64,000 nt of DNA from Octopus vulgaris (GCA_951406725.2 OX597825.1:84320001-84384000), one strand, 5' to 3'. Shown: positions 27,101-42,627, counted from the stretch's first letter. The notes: generated from the sequence alone by a model not told the origin. Translations and numbers: made by a program.

Positions 27101-27311
27101 AACTGCAATTATCCTGTTCAATATTTTTTTGGACGAGAGCAAGAGATATTAATTAAGAAATTAGAAGTTAAGATGATTGTTTGTGAGGGGAGTTTAATCA
27201 ATATGTCAGTTCGGTGTGGAACGTCACAGGAGGAATGTCGATCAGAACGAGTGAGAGATAGACCGATCCATAGAGAAACAGAGAGGTTATGCTGTATAAT
27301 AATCAGTTCTG

Positions 27312-27475
27312 TTATTCTTTTAGTTGCTTCAGACTGCGGCCATGCTGGGGTACAGCCTTGATGAAATTTAGTCGAACGAATCGACTCCAATATTCGTTTC
27401 TTTTACCGAACATCAAAGTTACGGTGACAGAAACAGACCAACACCGGATGTCAATCGGTGGTAGGCCATAAATAC
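27312..27475 (-). mobile_element. CORE-type SINE fragment
   Basis: GACTGCGGCCATGCTGGGG..GTCGAACGAATCGAC. Confidence 0.65.
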
Positions 27476-27608
27476 AAACACACACACAGATACGCAAATA
27501 CACACGCAGATGTGAATATTTGAAGTTGTAAATATTTGCGTCTAAGTGTATGTACAATACATGCTAACTGTACATTTTTCCTCTTCCTCTTTCTTTATAT
27601 ATATATAT

Positions 27609-27693
<85 letters not shown>

Positions 27694-27830
27694 CACAAAT
27701 GATATCTATACATGATTCGGTTATGCATCTACATATATATATATGCATATATATGTGTGTGTATTCGTGTAGATATATAACCGAATCAAACTTTTAAATA
27801 ACATATACCTTGATTCATAGACTTACACAT

Positions 27831-27867
<37 letters not shown>

Positions 27868-27881
27868 CATATATACATACA

Positions 27882-27958
<77 letters not shown>

Positions 27959-29234
27959 TTATGTATGTATGGAAACATATATACATACACACACATACAT
28001 GCACACCCATGCATGCACACACACACACACACATGATGGTGTACACATTTCGCTGCACTCAGTAAGATTAGCAAATTAATTGAATTACAAGACGGCATTT
28101 CTAAATTCCTTAAATATGAATAATTATGTTTTTAAAAGCAATGTCTGAGACAAACTTTCCGAACTGTCATTACTGATTAGCACGCGATGATATTAACTGG
28201 CTGCCGGTAGAACGGATACAGCGAGGAAGGAAGTACCTTGTCTTTATAGACCCATAGAAGCTCTCAGTCTAACAGACACATGACCAAAGATGGCAGAGAA
28301 TCCGTCGGGAAGGTTTCGCACCCCAAGGTGGTACTTGAGGTCATGAGTACTTTTAATGGTTTTCACCTGATTGTTGATATTTGGAATAGGGAATCGGTAG
28401 GTAACTGCTGTTTATAGTTTTCCTTTCTCTGGGATGTCCGAAATGAGGAACGTCTTAAATGATGACAAATAATATAAGGTAATCTTACGTGAAATAGACG
28501 GGATGGTCACGGCTGCGCTGCCTTTGATTATACGTATGTTCGGGCAGCTTTGATCTGGAGGCAAAGAAATGCAACAACCAGAATAGCAACGACAAAGATG
28601 CCATCATCTTCATTATCCTTCTCCTTCTCTTCCTCGTCGTCGTCGACGTCATCGTCATCATCATCATCATCATCATCCTTGTCATCCTTTCTTTCTCCTC
28701 CACCTCCTCCTCCTCCTCCTCCTCTTCATCATCATCCTCATCGTCATCATCCTCATCGTCATCATCATCATACTTCTCCTCCTTCTCTTCCTCGTCGTCG
28801 TCGTCGTCATCATCATCATCGTCATCATCATCAACAGTAATAACAGCGCTGTTTTACATAATTTCTAGACTAGAGACATCTGGAGAAAATATATAAGTCC
28901 GTCGATTGATTGATTGATTAGCACTGATTTCTATCGACATTTTTATCAGAGAAATACAAAGTTTGGTCCAACATCATTTGAACTTTGATCAGGTGAATTC
29001 TTGAATGTCACATAATCTCACGAGAACCTTTGTATAAATCATGTAGTAGTTCTTGTTGTTGCTGCTGTTGTTTAGATTCTGATGACCCTTGATCAAGGTC
29101 AAAGGTGATTCGGGCAGAACATTCCTTGATCTATGTAAAGCTGGGACCACAATATATTCACTGACGATTTAAGTGATTTTGTCTGTATGGAATGTAAATA
29201 TTTGGTTACCGCCATTTGTGAAATGGAAGCATTC

Positions 29235-29396
29235 CTTCCATCCATCCTTCCATCCATCTATCCATCCATCCGTCTGTCTGTCCGTCCATCAATCCATCCA
29301 TCAATCCACCCATCTCTCCGTCTATCCATTTATCCATCCATCGATCCAACCATCTGTCCGTCCATCCATCCACCTGCCCGCCCATCCCTCAGTCCG

Positions 29397-29427
<31 letters not shown>

Positions 29428-29512
29428 GTCCGTCCGTCCGCCCGTCCAACCATCCATCCATTGCCCGTCCGTCCGTCCATCCATCCATCCATCCATCCAT
29501 CCATCCATCCAT
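29235..29512. repeat. (CATC)n/(CGTC)n microsatellite
   Basis: Directly visible. Confidence 0.9.
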
Positions 29513-30843
29513 CTTCTTTGCCCAATATCCTTGGAAAAGTCCTGGCGGTAGAGGCCTCACACACTCTCTCCATAGGATCCTATTGCATACAGCCATCTTT
29601 ACACTTTACTGCTGGATTCTTAAGCGTCATAAACAGAGTCTATGGGTATTATCTAGATGTCTCCGTCATATTCTCAGGTCTGCTGCTGATCGGCTCCGCT
29701 AGAAGAATTTGTCTTTCGATTCTTTACTGCGATAGTCTTATCACATGTCTGCAATACTAGAGCTGTGGCCTCTTAGTGTCGAGAAAGGTTATTTCAGGTA
29801 TCCTTCGGAGGAATACTATTCCAGCTGCTTATTAATAATACGTAGAGGTCATACACATAAAATACTGAATAAGTACACATTAGTTTCTGAAAAAGAAAGA
29901 CACAAGTCCACTGTACGTATTTATTGACCTTAGATTTAGTCCGTGTTGCTGTGAACAAGATAAGCTGTAGCACAAAATAAATGTATTGTCCAGCAATTCA
30001 ACGAAGCAAATCTTTGTTAGAATTTATTTCATCCACGAGGGAAATTTTACAAAAGGATTCAATACTTTAACTTCTTAAATACACCAAACTGACGTGGGAG
30101 ACAACAGACGACACGGGGTAATGACGTCATACCGCAGAACCCATTACGAAGAGAATGAAATATTCCTAAAAACAAACACTCATACACACATACAGAATAA
30201 ACTTCATTTGATATGAAATCTGGGATACTTTGAGAGTAAGCAACAGTTTCAATCAATGCGTTTAAGTTTTAATTAGAGACTAAAATAACTCTGCTAAAAC
30301 AAACAGCCTCAAATGTTCTTCTATGTTTCGATGCATCTGTTACTTGAATCGAGTAACTCGTCAGCCATTTTGCTTCCACTCATCATCGTAAGAGAGTTCT
30401 TATTTTCAAAAACTGTTAAAGTATCTAAATCTATAATAACACAGATACATGATCAAACTAAGTGAATTTATTCCAAGTTGCAAATAAATCTTACCACGTG
30501 CTAAATTCTCATCATTTTGCCTGGAGTTGGTTTTTGTCTCAAACCTCAAGTACTATATTAATTATAAGAAGACCACATATGTAGAGATTGTATCGATATA
30601 GATAGGGAAGTGAGGCTAAACAATAATTTTGTGAACAGAAGATATCGATATTCTTGGAACAATGATGATACGCATTTATGTTATAAAAATAACAGCTTCT
30701 CACACGTTTGTTTGGAATTTTGTAAAAATTGATCTTCTTAGGACAGGTAATTCATAATTGCATAGTGAGCAAATCACACACACACATACATAGTTATATA
30801 TATATACATATATATATATATGTGTGTGTGTGTGTATGTGTGT

Positions 30844-30888
<45 letters not shown>

Positions 30889-31000
30889 CGTATGTGCGTG
30901 TGTCGGAGATAATTTCGCGAGTATACCTTTGTGCATTCGGAAGCTAACTAGTGTTTACTTTTCTTTCCAATCCTGGTGAATATTTAATCCAAAAACGAAA

Positions 31001-31286
31001 TCTTTATATATAAAAGTCAAGTTGTGTGCCTGTCTCCTACGATTTAGATTCCTAACTACTCCCACATTTTGCGGTGCAGTTTAACCAAAACCGGGTATCT
31101 TGTAGTCGTGATTCATATCGAACCCTTCTGGGTATTAGCGCGCGTCTACGATGAGTCAACAATTTAAAAAAAAATTTACCATAATTTTTTTTCCATTTTT
31201 TTGCTATTTTTTGGCTATAACTCTCTAAAAATGCTTATATAGTTATTTCCCTTACAAACCCGAGCAACGCCGGGCGATACTGCTAG
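31001..31286 (+). mobile_element. Non-autonomous Helitron
   Basis: A|TCTTTATATATAAAAG 5' end; 3' hairpin CCCG-AGCAACGC-CGGG (31259-31274) then CTAG|T; inserted between A and T with no TSD. Confidence 0.85.
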
Positions 31287-34200
31287 TACTGCATAAAATT
31301 TAAGCGAAAGAATGAAGTTTGCTGAGATATCTAAAAGTTATTCCATATGGAAATATTAACCGTTTTAGTTTCAGCCATCACTTTGCAATGGATTCCTATA
31401 TTTCCACTTTGATGTCGCATATTTCTAATGATGAGGATACCTTAAAGTTATTTATTACAAAACTTAGATCCTTAATTAAAGTTATATCCTATTCTCTGGG
31501 AAATCATGAAAATTGTTTAAAAAAAGATACACAGGAGAGAACGAATACCTAAAACGTCCATTTTAATATAAATTTTCGATTAAGTGAAATATCATTATCA
31601 ATAAAAAAATCGAAACAAAAATTAAGAAGAAAACTCAACAAAGATAAACGAAGGAAATGCGAAAGAATTATTGAGTGAATTTGGAATTACTGTGAAAGTA
31701 TGGTCGAGAAAATATTGCATGAATATATATGTTTAAGTCGAAAGGAGCCAAAATATTAATAATATAACAAAGAACTCTAGTTTTCGTTATTTATTATACA
31801 TAACATAGTGTTACTGAAGAGATTTCTTAGATTTGCTCGTTCTTTAAGGTTGGTAAATATTATTGAATTTGGAGAAGCATTCCAAATGTTATTGGAATAT
31901 TTCATTGAAGAATTAAATATGAAATAAATGAAAGAGCTCGTGTTCTCACAGACCTCTACACGGCATCAAAAGTTTTGTGCGAAATGAGCAGAACAAAACA
32001 AAGGAATAATTTATGGTTTATATAACACGCTTAAAATATTAATTGAATTAACAACACAGAAGTTAGTTAAGTATATCAACAATTTTTCTCTCTTTTCTTT
32101 TCGGTTTTCCTGCGACTCACCTCATAAAATTTGTACTTAACAACCTCTGAATAACATCTTTTTCCACTATGACTTTCTCAATTTCTTTATATTTCAAATT
32201 CATTAAGTCTCTCTCACTCTGTCTCTCTGTCTCTGTCTGTCTGTCTCTCTTTCTCTTTCTCTGTCTCTCTTTCTCTTTCTCTCTTTCTTCTTTCTCTTTT
32301 CTCTCTTTCTCTCTTTCTCTTTCTCTCTTTCTCCTTTCTCTCTCTCTCTCTCATCGTTTACTAATGCTTTTTCGATTCATCTAACGAGCCGAATGCTCTG
32401 ATTTTCTCAAACACATACATATAATGAAGCAATCCGTTCCCCTTACCTGTATTTATTTCCCTGTTTAGCAATAAATACATCGAGCTTCCGTGAATTACGA
32501 GCAGCGGACTTTACAGTTTGAGATATTTGCATATTGCTGCATTAGGGGAGAATGGAAACAGGGTCCTCATGATCATTGCACATTACACTCCCAGACGTAT
32601 GTGATAGATGCAGCCAAAGATGCCCAGTTGAAACATTGACGGAACCGGAAATCGGGACCAGGACCTAAATGTTTACAAACAGAAAGTAAACTCCGGAAGG
32701 AAGAGTCATGCGGTAGGGGTTATTCGGTTGGGGTTGACTCTACTCTGCCAAAATCTGTTAGTGCTGGTGTAATTAAAATAAGTAAATGTGAAAAAGTTTA
32801 AATTGATTACAACGATATAACTAAAATGGACGCTGTTTTGTACAATGGAAATTTAGGACCAGTAAGTCGTTTATAGAATTTTGTCTCAAATAATCGCGAA
32901 TTTCTCGTTTCATCAAATCTCACAATGAAGCATCTTGAGAATAATGTTTTGTTAGAACCCTTGATGCATGAGAATGGCTCTGCCTTGTCGCTTGACTTTC
33001 TGCAAATAGTAGCGGAATTTTCATCAAATAACACACTACTCTGTAAATATTTGGGAGTACATTACATGATGTAATCCTCGTTAACCTCAAGACGATGAGA
33101 CGGTCATGCTTGGATAGCCTTCCAGCATATTTCTATTGAATTGATTTGAATTTGTGATGAAGCAATAACAACGTACGGACTCCGCTTACCCGTTACTCTG
33201 GCCAAGGTTAATAGACAAAATTATAGAGGAAGAGTATAGTTGATGTATATAGTCACTAAAGACAAATCAAGATTCAGAGATGAGCAAAAATAACTCTCTG
33301 AAACATACTTGAAAAATTATTTATGACTAATTTCATGAGTTGTTGAACAACAAACATCCAAGCTAGCCGATAGACACAAGCTGTGTCCAGTTCTTGTAAT
33401 AAATCGGACCAACGCAGTCACATTCTGTCTGGTGTTAGAACTAACAATCCAAGATGACTTGAGATAATCTAGATACATTTTCTTATAACTATAGAAACAG
33501 AGACAATGTATACGAAACTAAGAAAACCTCGTAAGCGGACTTGAAGACAGTGGACCTTCATATAGCGAAATATCTTACTAATTTTATTATCTCACACAAC
33601 ACAGTAATCTAACACCTGAAGCATTAGGACGCTGTCTAACACATTTTATCATCACGATATAAAGTGTCACAAGACCATTCTGCTTACTCGTTACAAAATG
33701 GCCATAAACCGCGTCTATCTCTCATAATATCAAATGAATATTTCAGAAATGCAATTTTAATTTCATTATTTTCGCAGGTAATTTAAAACTAAATTTATGG
33801 GGTTCTTTTCCTGTTCACCATCTTAATTTAATTTTCAAAGACAAATTGGTTTCTTAATCAACACCACTTCATCCAAATCTATTTGATCATAATGTCCATT
33901 GTTATTTGATGTTATTATTTTTTGTTATTAAATCCTGACTTTTTTTACTGGAATTTGCGTTATATGAAAGATCCTTCAATAATTGAGTTTTGATTGGATA
34001 GATAAAGCCATGTGAGTCATTAGTTAAGGAGTAAATGTATTAATCCAATCATTATCCAAGGAGATAGATCTCGTAGTGGTTTAATAAAGAAGCAGTGTCC
34101 AATAAATTGCAAACAGAAGAAGACAAAAGAAAAAAATAACTAGGTTTTGTCATAATGTCTTGGCATGAAACATGTTAGTGGGGGTGGGGAGAGGAATATA

Positions 34201-35091
34201 ATCGCTGGAGGCGAAATAATAAAGTTAATGCTATTTGATAATATAATTAGTTTTATAATATAACAATATTTCATAATGATTCTTATTTTATCTTTAATGA
34301 TTAATGGCAAGGGCAACCCCGTTGTGATTTGAACTCATAGTCGTGTTCAACTTAATCTTACAATATTCTGTCAAGTGTTTCTCCAGCAGCCCTTTATTAT
34401 AAACACTTCCTGTGAAATATAGCTTGTTACTGTAAATTAATAACTCTCGTTCGACAAGCACCATACATAAATTTTATTTGGTAAATAACGGAACACTTAT
34501 GTCAGGATATTAAGCTAATTCATCATAAACTTTAACTGTGACGTTTCCCATCATATCTCTCAAGAATTATATCATGTTCAAGTCAAACAGCAAAGCCATA
34601 CTCACTGCTGCTTATATATATTTAATTGTCGAATAACTATTCGATAAGAACTGTTTCATTGGTCCAATTTCACGAACATTTGGCAGTCAAACACAATTAT
34701 ATGGTAATAAATGTCCAGAAGATATCAGGAAAATCTGAATCTAGAATATTGATTTAGAGTTTTGGCACGGAGGTGTATAATCGCTGGAATCGATTCAAAT
34801 ACATTATTGGTTTTGTATTGTAGTGCCGCTTTAGGTTAGACCTGACTGTATACACCTATTCTTATCTCAAACATATACATTGTTGTACAATGTAGGGATT
34901 AATACTTAGCCTTCAAGATATCGTTGTTTTAAGATGGCCTGATATGATTTGTGTGATATCTGGCTGCATTTCTAGTTAATAAAATAGCTTGTATATAAGA
35001 AGGCTCTCTCGGACGTCGTTAATATTGGTACGTATGCACTAAATATATTATATAACTTAATAACAATAACAACAATACTATCATTATTTTT

Positions 35092-35630
<539 letters not shown>

Positions 35631-36051
35631 TATTAGTATCCATATTAGTACTTATTGTCGTCTGATTCTTGTACAGCACCGATCAAGCCGTTCCGGAAGT
35701 GGCCATCACATGCCTCTCGATGTCAATGACTGTTTACATTTAGAATAAAAATTAGAATACATTAGAATATAAATTCTTTTTAACTCTGTATGAAAGACTA
35801 TAATGCTCGACATATCCTTTTTTTTTTTTTATATAAGGAATTGTTTCAGAAAATTTCTCTTGCTGTTTTTTACTGGCAAAGCGTTTGTATTGGAAAAGTG
35901 TCTGCCTCATGAATAGCTAGAAATAGCAGCATAACATCCCTCCAGTTGTTCTGAACCATTTTGTATCTATGGAATCCTTTGAATATTATTCTGTTCTGTT
36001 GCACCCCTCCTCCATAACCATTCGATGTTTAAAAGTTGGTTTCAATATTAT

Positions 36052-36386
36052 TTTGCTTATGACTGCGGCCAAGCTGGAGCACGGCCTTAATTCGAACAAA
36101 TCAGCCTCTAGACTTATTCTTTGAAAGCCTAGTATTTATTTTATTGGTCTCTTTTGCCGAACCGGTTGTCAAGCGATGGGTGGGGGGAACACAAACACAA
36201 ACACACACACACACACAAACACACACACATGCACACATATTTCCATGTATCAAATCCACTCACAAGGCTTTGGTCGACACGAGGCTATGGTAGAAGTCTC
36301 TTGCCCAAAGTGCCACTCAATGGGACTGAATCCGGAAAACATGTGGTTGAGAAGCAAGCGTCTTATCACACAGCCACTCCTGCGTC
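36052..36386 (-). mobile_element. Full-length CORE-type SINE
   Basis: Reverse complement of the 13027 copy: GACTGCGGCCAAGCTGGAGCAC..CAAATCCACTCACAAGGCTTTGGTC..CACACAGCCACTCCTGCG. Confidence 0.85.
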
Positions 36387-36489
36387 TATAGTTACTTCTT
36401 TCAAAATTCCTGTTTTGTTTCCCACACATTCTTTTAGGTTGGACTATGTAAAACGCTGGAGAAAGAAACCTGGCTATTTCATGCAATGT

Positions 36490-36724
36490 TGTTTATTCCT
36501 TCTCAAGTCACACCTGGCTCACAGGGCTGGTTTTCCCGTTTTCCGGCGTATAGGTTCCCCACCTGGACGGGACACCGGTCCTTCGCAGGTGAACTGCAAG
36601 ATGCCGGAGGAAAGAGTGAAAGGTGTTTCGCTCATAAACATGCACATCGCCCGGTCTGAGATTCGAACCCGCAATCCCTCGACGGCGCGTCTGCTGCTCT
36701 AACCACTAGGCCATGTGCCTCCAC
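36490..36724 (-). mobile_element. tRNA-derived SINE family B with intact Pol III boxes
   Basis: On the minus strand: A box TGGCCTAGTGG (36713-36703), B box GGTTCGAATCT (36669-36659), then GTGTCCCGTCCAGG. Confidence 0.8.
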
Positions 36725-37466
36725 ATTTCATGCAATAAATAGCTCTAAAACAAAAAAAATCTGCTATGGAACCGTAAAATATTATTGTGGTTCTCCAATT
36801 TTGCTTGCGTGGACACCTAAATGTCATACACGGCGCTCCAGGGATCACATGAACCCTGGTTGAAAACCATTGTTTGAAAGGATAACGGGTGCCTAAATAC
36901 AACGACAAACACAGAAGAAAAGGCTGTCACGGTATCAGTTTGATGGATTGCTGCCCCTGTATTAAACTATAATTTCAGTTCTCAGTAACGATCAGTCGAT
37001 GAACACTGAGTGCGTTATGATCACAAATCAATCACCATCAACTCGTTTAAGTATTTCCGTCTACCTAACAACATAACCGGGTTTCGATACGAAGTATTTC
37101 TAGAATAATGGATGAAAATAAACGCAGAAACTTCGAGTGCAATTGTACGTGACGCACGTACACATTATAGAACACATACAGACACCAAAATGCACTCAAA
37201 CATATATCTAACACATACACACACATACACATATAACCATTTTCATTTACAAACAATCATTTGTATTGGTTTGTGTATATATATATGTATATAAATGCTC
37301 TGGGCTATTTTTGAATTTATGGCAGTGTTTAGATATCGGGCTATTTCGGTCAGTAGGTGCTGCAGACTTCCACATCACCAGGAGATTGCAATTCGTTTTA
37401 TTTTCAGATAATCACATATACACACACATATGCACACACACACACACATGTACAAATATACGTGCG

Positions 37467-37502
<36 letters not shown>

Positions 37503-37771
37503 TATATAGATATATATATAGATATACACACAAATACTCATGCATATATGTACATATGTATATATGCTTGTATGTAGTTGTGCACGTAATCTGATATTAA
37601 TACGAAACGAAATTACTATAGGAATGACTGTAGGGCCCAGAGTTTCGTGCCAAGGTCATTATAAAACCAATCGACGTCTCTGACTTCTTATATACATAGA
37701 CATAAGTGTGTGTACCTGTGACTGTTTGTGTATATATACATATAAACATATTATATATGTGTGCAGATATC

Positions 37772-37834
<63 letters not shown>

Positions 37835-37945
37835 GTATATGTATATATATATATATGTTCAGATGTACATACATACTTATATATATATATATGTATGTAT
37901 ATATATATATATATTTGCATATCTATCTATCTCTATCTATCTATC

Positions 37946-38024
<79 letters not shown>

Positions 38025-38139
38025 GTGTTTGTGTGTGGAAAAATATACAGGGCAGGAAAATTATAGAAATGTTTTTACCAGTGGTTTAGATTTTGACTGG
38101 CTCTTCTGTCAGGGCACCTTTTATGTGTTTAAATGTACA

Positions 38140-38191
<52 letters not shown>

Positions 38192-39029
38192 TATACGAGT
38201 AAACAAACATACATACTCACAGACACACAGACACACACGTATATATATATATATGTATACACTCACCAATACGTATATAATTGTCTCTCTACACATACAA
38301 AAGCATCATGCAGAAAGTAAATAAAACTTTTCATAAATTTGTCCATAAAATTATATGGAACATAAAAAAAATTGAAAATTCGATCTGGAGAGGAAACGAC
38401 AAAAGTAAAACAAACACAATAAGAAAACAAATACAATAAGATACGATATTGTAACTAACAAATGAAAAATATTCTTGGCACTGCTCCAGAATGGCCCGAG
38501 GAAGAAGTTTTAATTGGTTAAAATAAATATAAGAAGTAACAAATATCTAAGATGGATGGGAGACAGCAAAAGTAGCTGATACAAATCTAAGGCAAAATGA
38601 AATCAGCAAAAAAAGCACGAGAGAGGGGGGAATGTAAGAAAAAGGGGTGTGAGAGACACTATTTCAGTGTGAATTCTATGTCGCTTTTTGATGATACCAT
38701 TCGGAATTTAGAATTACTAAATTTTGGGGGAGGTGGCCAGTCGATTAGAACGTCCCCAGTACGTAACTGGTACTTAATTTATCGACTTCGAAAGAATGAA
38801 AAGCAAGACATTAAGCATATCAATGGCATAAGTCTCGTCTGGTCTGTGAAATACTCTGGTAACTTTGCTTACTTTTCCGGTTGCCTTAAAAATAAATGGT
38901 AAGTAGAGGACAGGAATTTTGAAGCATAACTCTATCGTTCAGAAATGGAATGAAGAAAGATCCTTAGCAAGAGAAAAGTATCTTCACATTCTGAAGCTAA
39001 ACAAGATTCTACAACTGTGAAGCTGATCA

Positions 39030-39223
39030 TATTCTTTTCTACTCAAGGCACAAGGCCCAAAATCTTGTGGGGAGGGGCAGTCGATTACAGTGACCCTAAT
39101 ACGTAACTGGTACTTAATTTATCGACCCTGAAAGGATGAATGGCAAATCGATCTCGGTGGAATTTGAGCTCAGATTGTAAAGACAGACGAAATAGCGCTA
39201 AGCATTTCGCCCTGTGTGCTAAC
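39030..39223 (-). mobile_element. SINE family A
   Basis: GGCACAAGGCC..CTGGTACTTAATTTATCGACCC..GAAAGGATGAA..GCTAAGCATTTCG. Confidence 0.85.
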
Positions 39224-40382
39224 GAGAAGTTGATCATATTGACATGACGGAAGCGATGTAATATTTTCTGCAGAAACATGTCAGGAAGATGCATCCGTAG
39301 AATGTCGTTTTGTATAATGATTACTTGGGCATGAAACTAAAGGGAAGCGTACCCACGGGCGATCTCCAAGACGGAAGGTTCACAAGTAAAGAAAAATATC
39401 TAAACCAGCTTCACGTTACATACATTCATCCTGAAAGAGCAAATTGGATAACGTAAATGTAAGCAAATGTATTATGTCGGAAAGAAATAAAACAGGGGGT
39501 TATGGCAGGAACGCTATTGTGGTCAAACAACAACGACAATGAAGAATATAATTGGTGAGGGTGGGTTGGGTATAGACTTACGTTGTTGTTTTATTTTATG
39601 CTTCTTATTGTTGTTTTGTCTTGGTGGGGCAAAGCTATTATAAAAAAATATTCTGATCGTGACCACCACGTCTTTTTACAGCTTTGTGTAATATATTTGT
39701 GGTGAAATGAAAGGGTAAATCATTTCAACCAATAATGAAAGCCACATAATCGAACCAAATAAAAGAATCTGCCAATAAACCAGGCGGTGCTCTCCAATAT
39801 TTTTACCAATTCCATTCCACTTTGTTTACTTTAAATGCCACACCAATTTAGTGGTTTCAATAATTTTCTTTTAGCGACAACAAATGAATTCTTTAAATTT
39901 GGTTTTGACTAATCAAATAACGTCAAATTAAAAGCTATACAGTTATTTCCTGAGGACATGAACACGTGATGTGAAATGGTATTTGTAAATGAGAAATTTA
40001 TTTGGAAGCAATGTTTTTAGGGAATGTAAAAAGCAATTACGAAATAGATAGAAATATAAATGGGTCAACCAAGTTGAGAAAAGGGCAAGAGTAGTTCTGT
40101 AAATAAAGTATTATGTTCGTGAAAGAATTCTTTGTATTGCATCAACCTCTATGATTAGAGGGGTTTCGCAACTATTGCTCTCTAGAATAATAGAAGACTG
40201 TAATATCATTTAGAATCTGTAAGCTCTATAGCTGAACTTTTCTCACAAAAATCGGCAGTTGTATAGTTACAAAATTGTTACCAGCAGAAATTAAAAATTC
40301 AATGAGTATAAATGTCTGATTAAATATAATACGTTTAATAACTATACACTTCTGTAAATGTTGTGGTGGTTTGTGAGTGTAT

Positions 40383-40463
<81 letters not shown>

Positions 40464-41694
40464 TGCTTTCAGTTTTATATCTTGTAAAAAGAACGTGTGC
40501 AGCGAGGTCTGAAATTAAATTTTGTCAAATGAGAATTTTGTCAAATGAAATTCCGATGGGAGTATTCAAGAAGTAAAAATAATAACAAAATAAAAAGAAT
40601 AGGAAGAAAACAACGAGAAAGAACAGAGAAAGAAACAGGAATCACATGATGACAATATCCGACTGTTATATATTTTTACGAGACAATCATATAAAAAAAA
40701 ATCTAAACTCATAAAATAAAATTAATTTTACTTTCTTTTACTTGTTTCTGTCATTTGACTGCGGCCATGCTGGATCATCACCTTTTTATATTTATTTTTC
40801 TCATCTTGTGATTAATTGCGGTTATTATTGGTCAACGCTTTCTACTTCACTTTGAAAAATATTGTCTTTGAAACACAAGCGATGATTTCGAAATTCCTAT
40901 AAAGAAACCCAATAACAAATTTTCATTATGTTTTTGGCTTGCCTCCTTCATTCAGTCACCCAGTCAAATAATTGGTTTTAGGATTTTATTATATCTATAA
41001 TAATCCAACACCGGCTCCACTTCTTTATCTCCCTCGCATTGACACTGATCCTGATTAAATTGATCCTCATGGTTATTTGTACAGTCCATAAAGATATCTA
41101 TTAATATATTCTTTACATTATTTCTAAAGATTACTTTACACAGCAGATAGCACGGCTTAACCGAGAGAAATCCTCGTATCAAGTGTTTTCGTCCTCAGAA
41201 ATTGATGTTGCTCTTTCTTTCTTTCCTTCCTTCCCATTTTCACTTCGTATTTTCATCATATATCAGAACCACAATACGCAAAGTTGCCTGAGGCAGTGTG
41301 CTTATATCGCATGGAAACGTAGAGCAGAGTAAAGGGAAAATTCCATAAAAGCGAGAGGTAGAGAGAGAAAGAGAGTGAGTGAGTGAGTGAGTGAGAGAGA
41401 GAGAGAGAGAGAGATGGAGGGAGATCCGTTTTCAATTCAAATTTTGAAATCAGTTTCCAAGAATACAATTAATCCTGCGAAACGGGAGAATATTTAAGAG
41501 TATAATTTCCATCCTTTAAAACAGAATCATTTTACCAATTGTAAAGGAATGGAAATTTTAGAGATCTGTAATTGAGTTGTCATTCTATAATTTATATTCT
41601 TTCACCAACATTTTACTGTATTAGTTGTGAAAGCACCCCTTTAATAGCTGAAGACACCAAATTGTATACAGATCCACTTTGAAGTAGTCCGTAA

Positions 41695-42397
41695 TCTGGC
41701 AGAATCGTTAGCACGCCGGAAAGAGTGCTTAGTGACATTTCGTTCGTCTTTACGTTGTAAGTTCAAATCCTGCTGAAAGTCGGTTTTCCATTTCATGCTT
41801 TCGGGGGTCGATAAAATAAGTACCATGTTTTCACTCTTCACACAAAAACATAAGAGATGGCTACGATATGTTAGTCGTATGGAAGATGGCAGAATCCCCA
41901 AGGACATACTTTACAGAGAGCTTGCTAGGGGCACTAGGTCTGTTGGAAGACTGTTCTTACGGTACAAGAGTGTTCGCAAAAGGAACATGAAGGCCTACGA
42001 CATCAATATTAGCAACTGGGAAGCAGTTGCCAGCAACCGTGGAGATTGGCGCCGCACCATAGAAGAAGGAACACAAAGGAGTGACAGACGGAGAGAGGAG
42101 AAACGGAAAGACAAAAGACGTCAACAAGAAACTATGACATTACAACCAGCCAGGCAAAGTCTTCACTACATTTGCGGCACCTGTCAGAGGGAGTGTTTGT
42201 CCAGGATAGGACTACACAGCCACAGCAGAAGTATTAGGACATGAAATGTAAAAGCCTGACTAGATTATTTTATGCGCAACTCCATTGTTTCCCGAGACAA
42301 AAGGATGCTAACAACAAGTTGAGTACTGGAGCCGATGTAATCAACTTAAGCCCTCCCCAGAAATTGCTGGCCTTGTGCCAAAACTTGAAACCAATAT
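41695..42397 (+). mobile_element. SINE family A split by an RTE insertion (SINE parts 41695-41825 and 42318-42397)
   Basis: ..ATAAAATAAGTACCA | GTTGAGTACTGG.. rejoin into the contiguous SINE sequence seen in other copies. Confidence 0.85.
41826..42317 (+). mobile_element. 5'-truncated RTE-clade LINE (ORF C-terminus plus 3' UTR)
   Basis: RWLRYVSRMEDGRIPKDILYRELARGTRSVGR..RYKS..KRNMK..WE..ASNRGDWR..CGTCQRECLSRIGLHSH; 3' end CCATTGTTTCCCGAGACAAAAGGATGC followed by AACAACAA. Confidence 0.9.
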
Positions 42398-42627
42398 TGT
42401 TGCTCGTAATTTGATTATTTAACTCCCCACCCACCCATTCAGCCGCCATCAAGCAAATCTACCCAGAGATGAAATCGTTCCAGTGGTGACCACCCACAAT
42501 TTTTGAACAACAAAAGTGCTTTATCCAATGTATCCTTCTGTTTTCAAGACAGTAATTTGAGAAGGATTTGGTTTCTATTTCAAATATGTTGGCCGACCTG
42601 ACAATGTCCCCCTCCTTAGCTGCAATG

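Noticed and set aside
36655-36720. Possible tRNA gene
   Set aside because: A and B boxes are present, but there is no clean acceptor stem and it continues into a SINE body
38076-38112. Minus-strand hammerhead-like CTGACAGA..TAAAC-CACTG-GTA
   Set aside because: Both core boxes are altered and stem I is absent; at most an old relic
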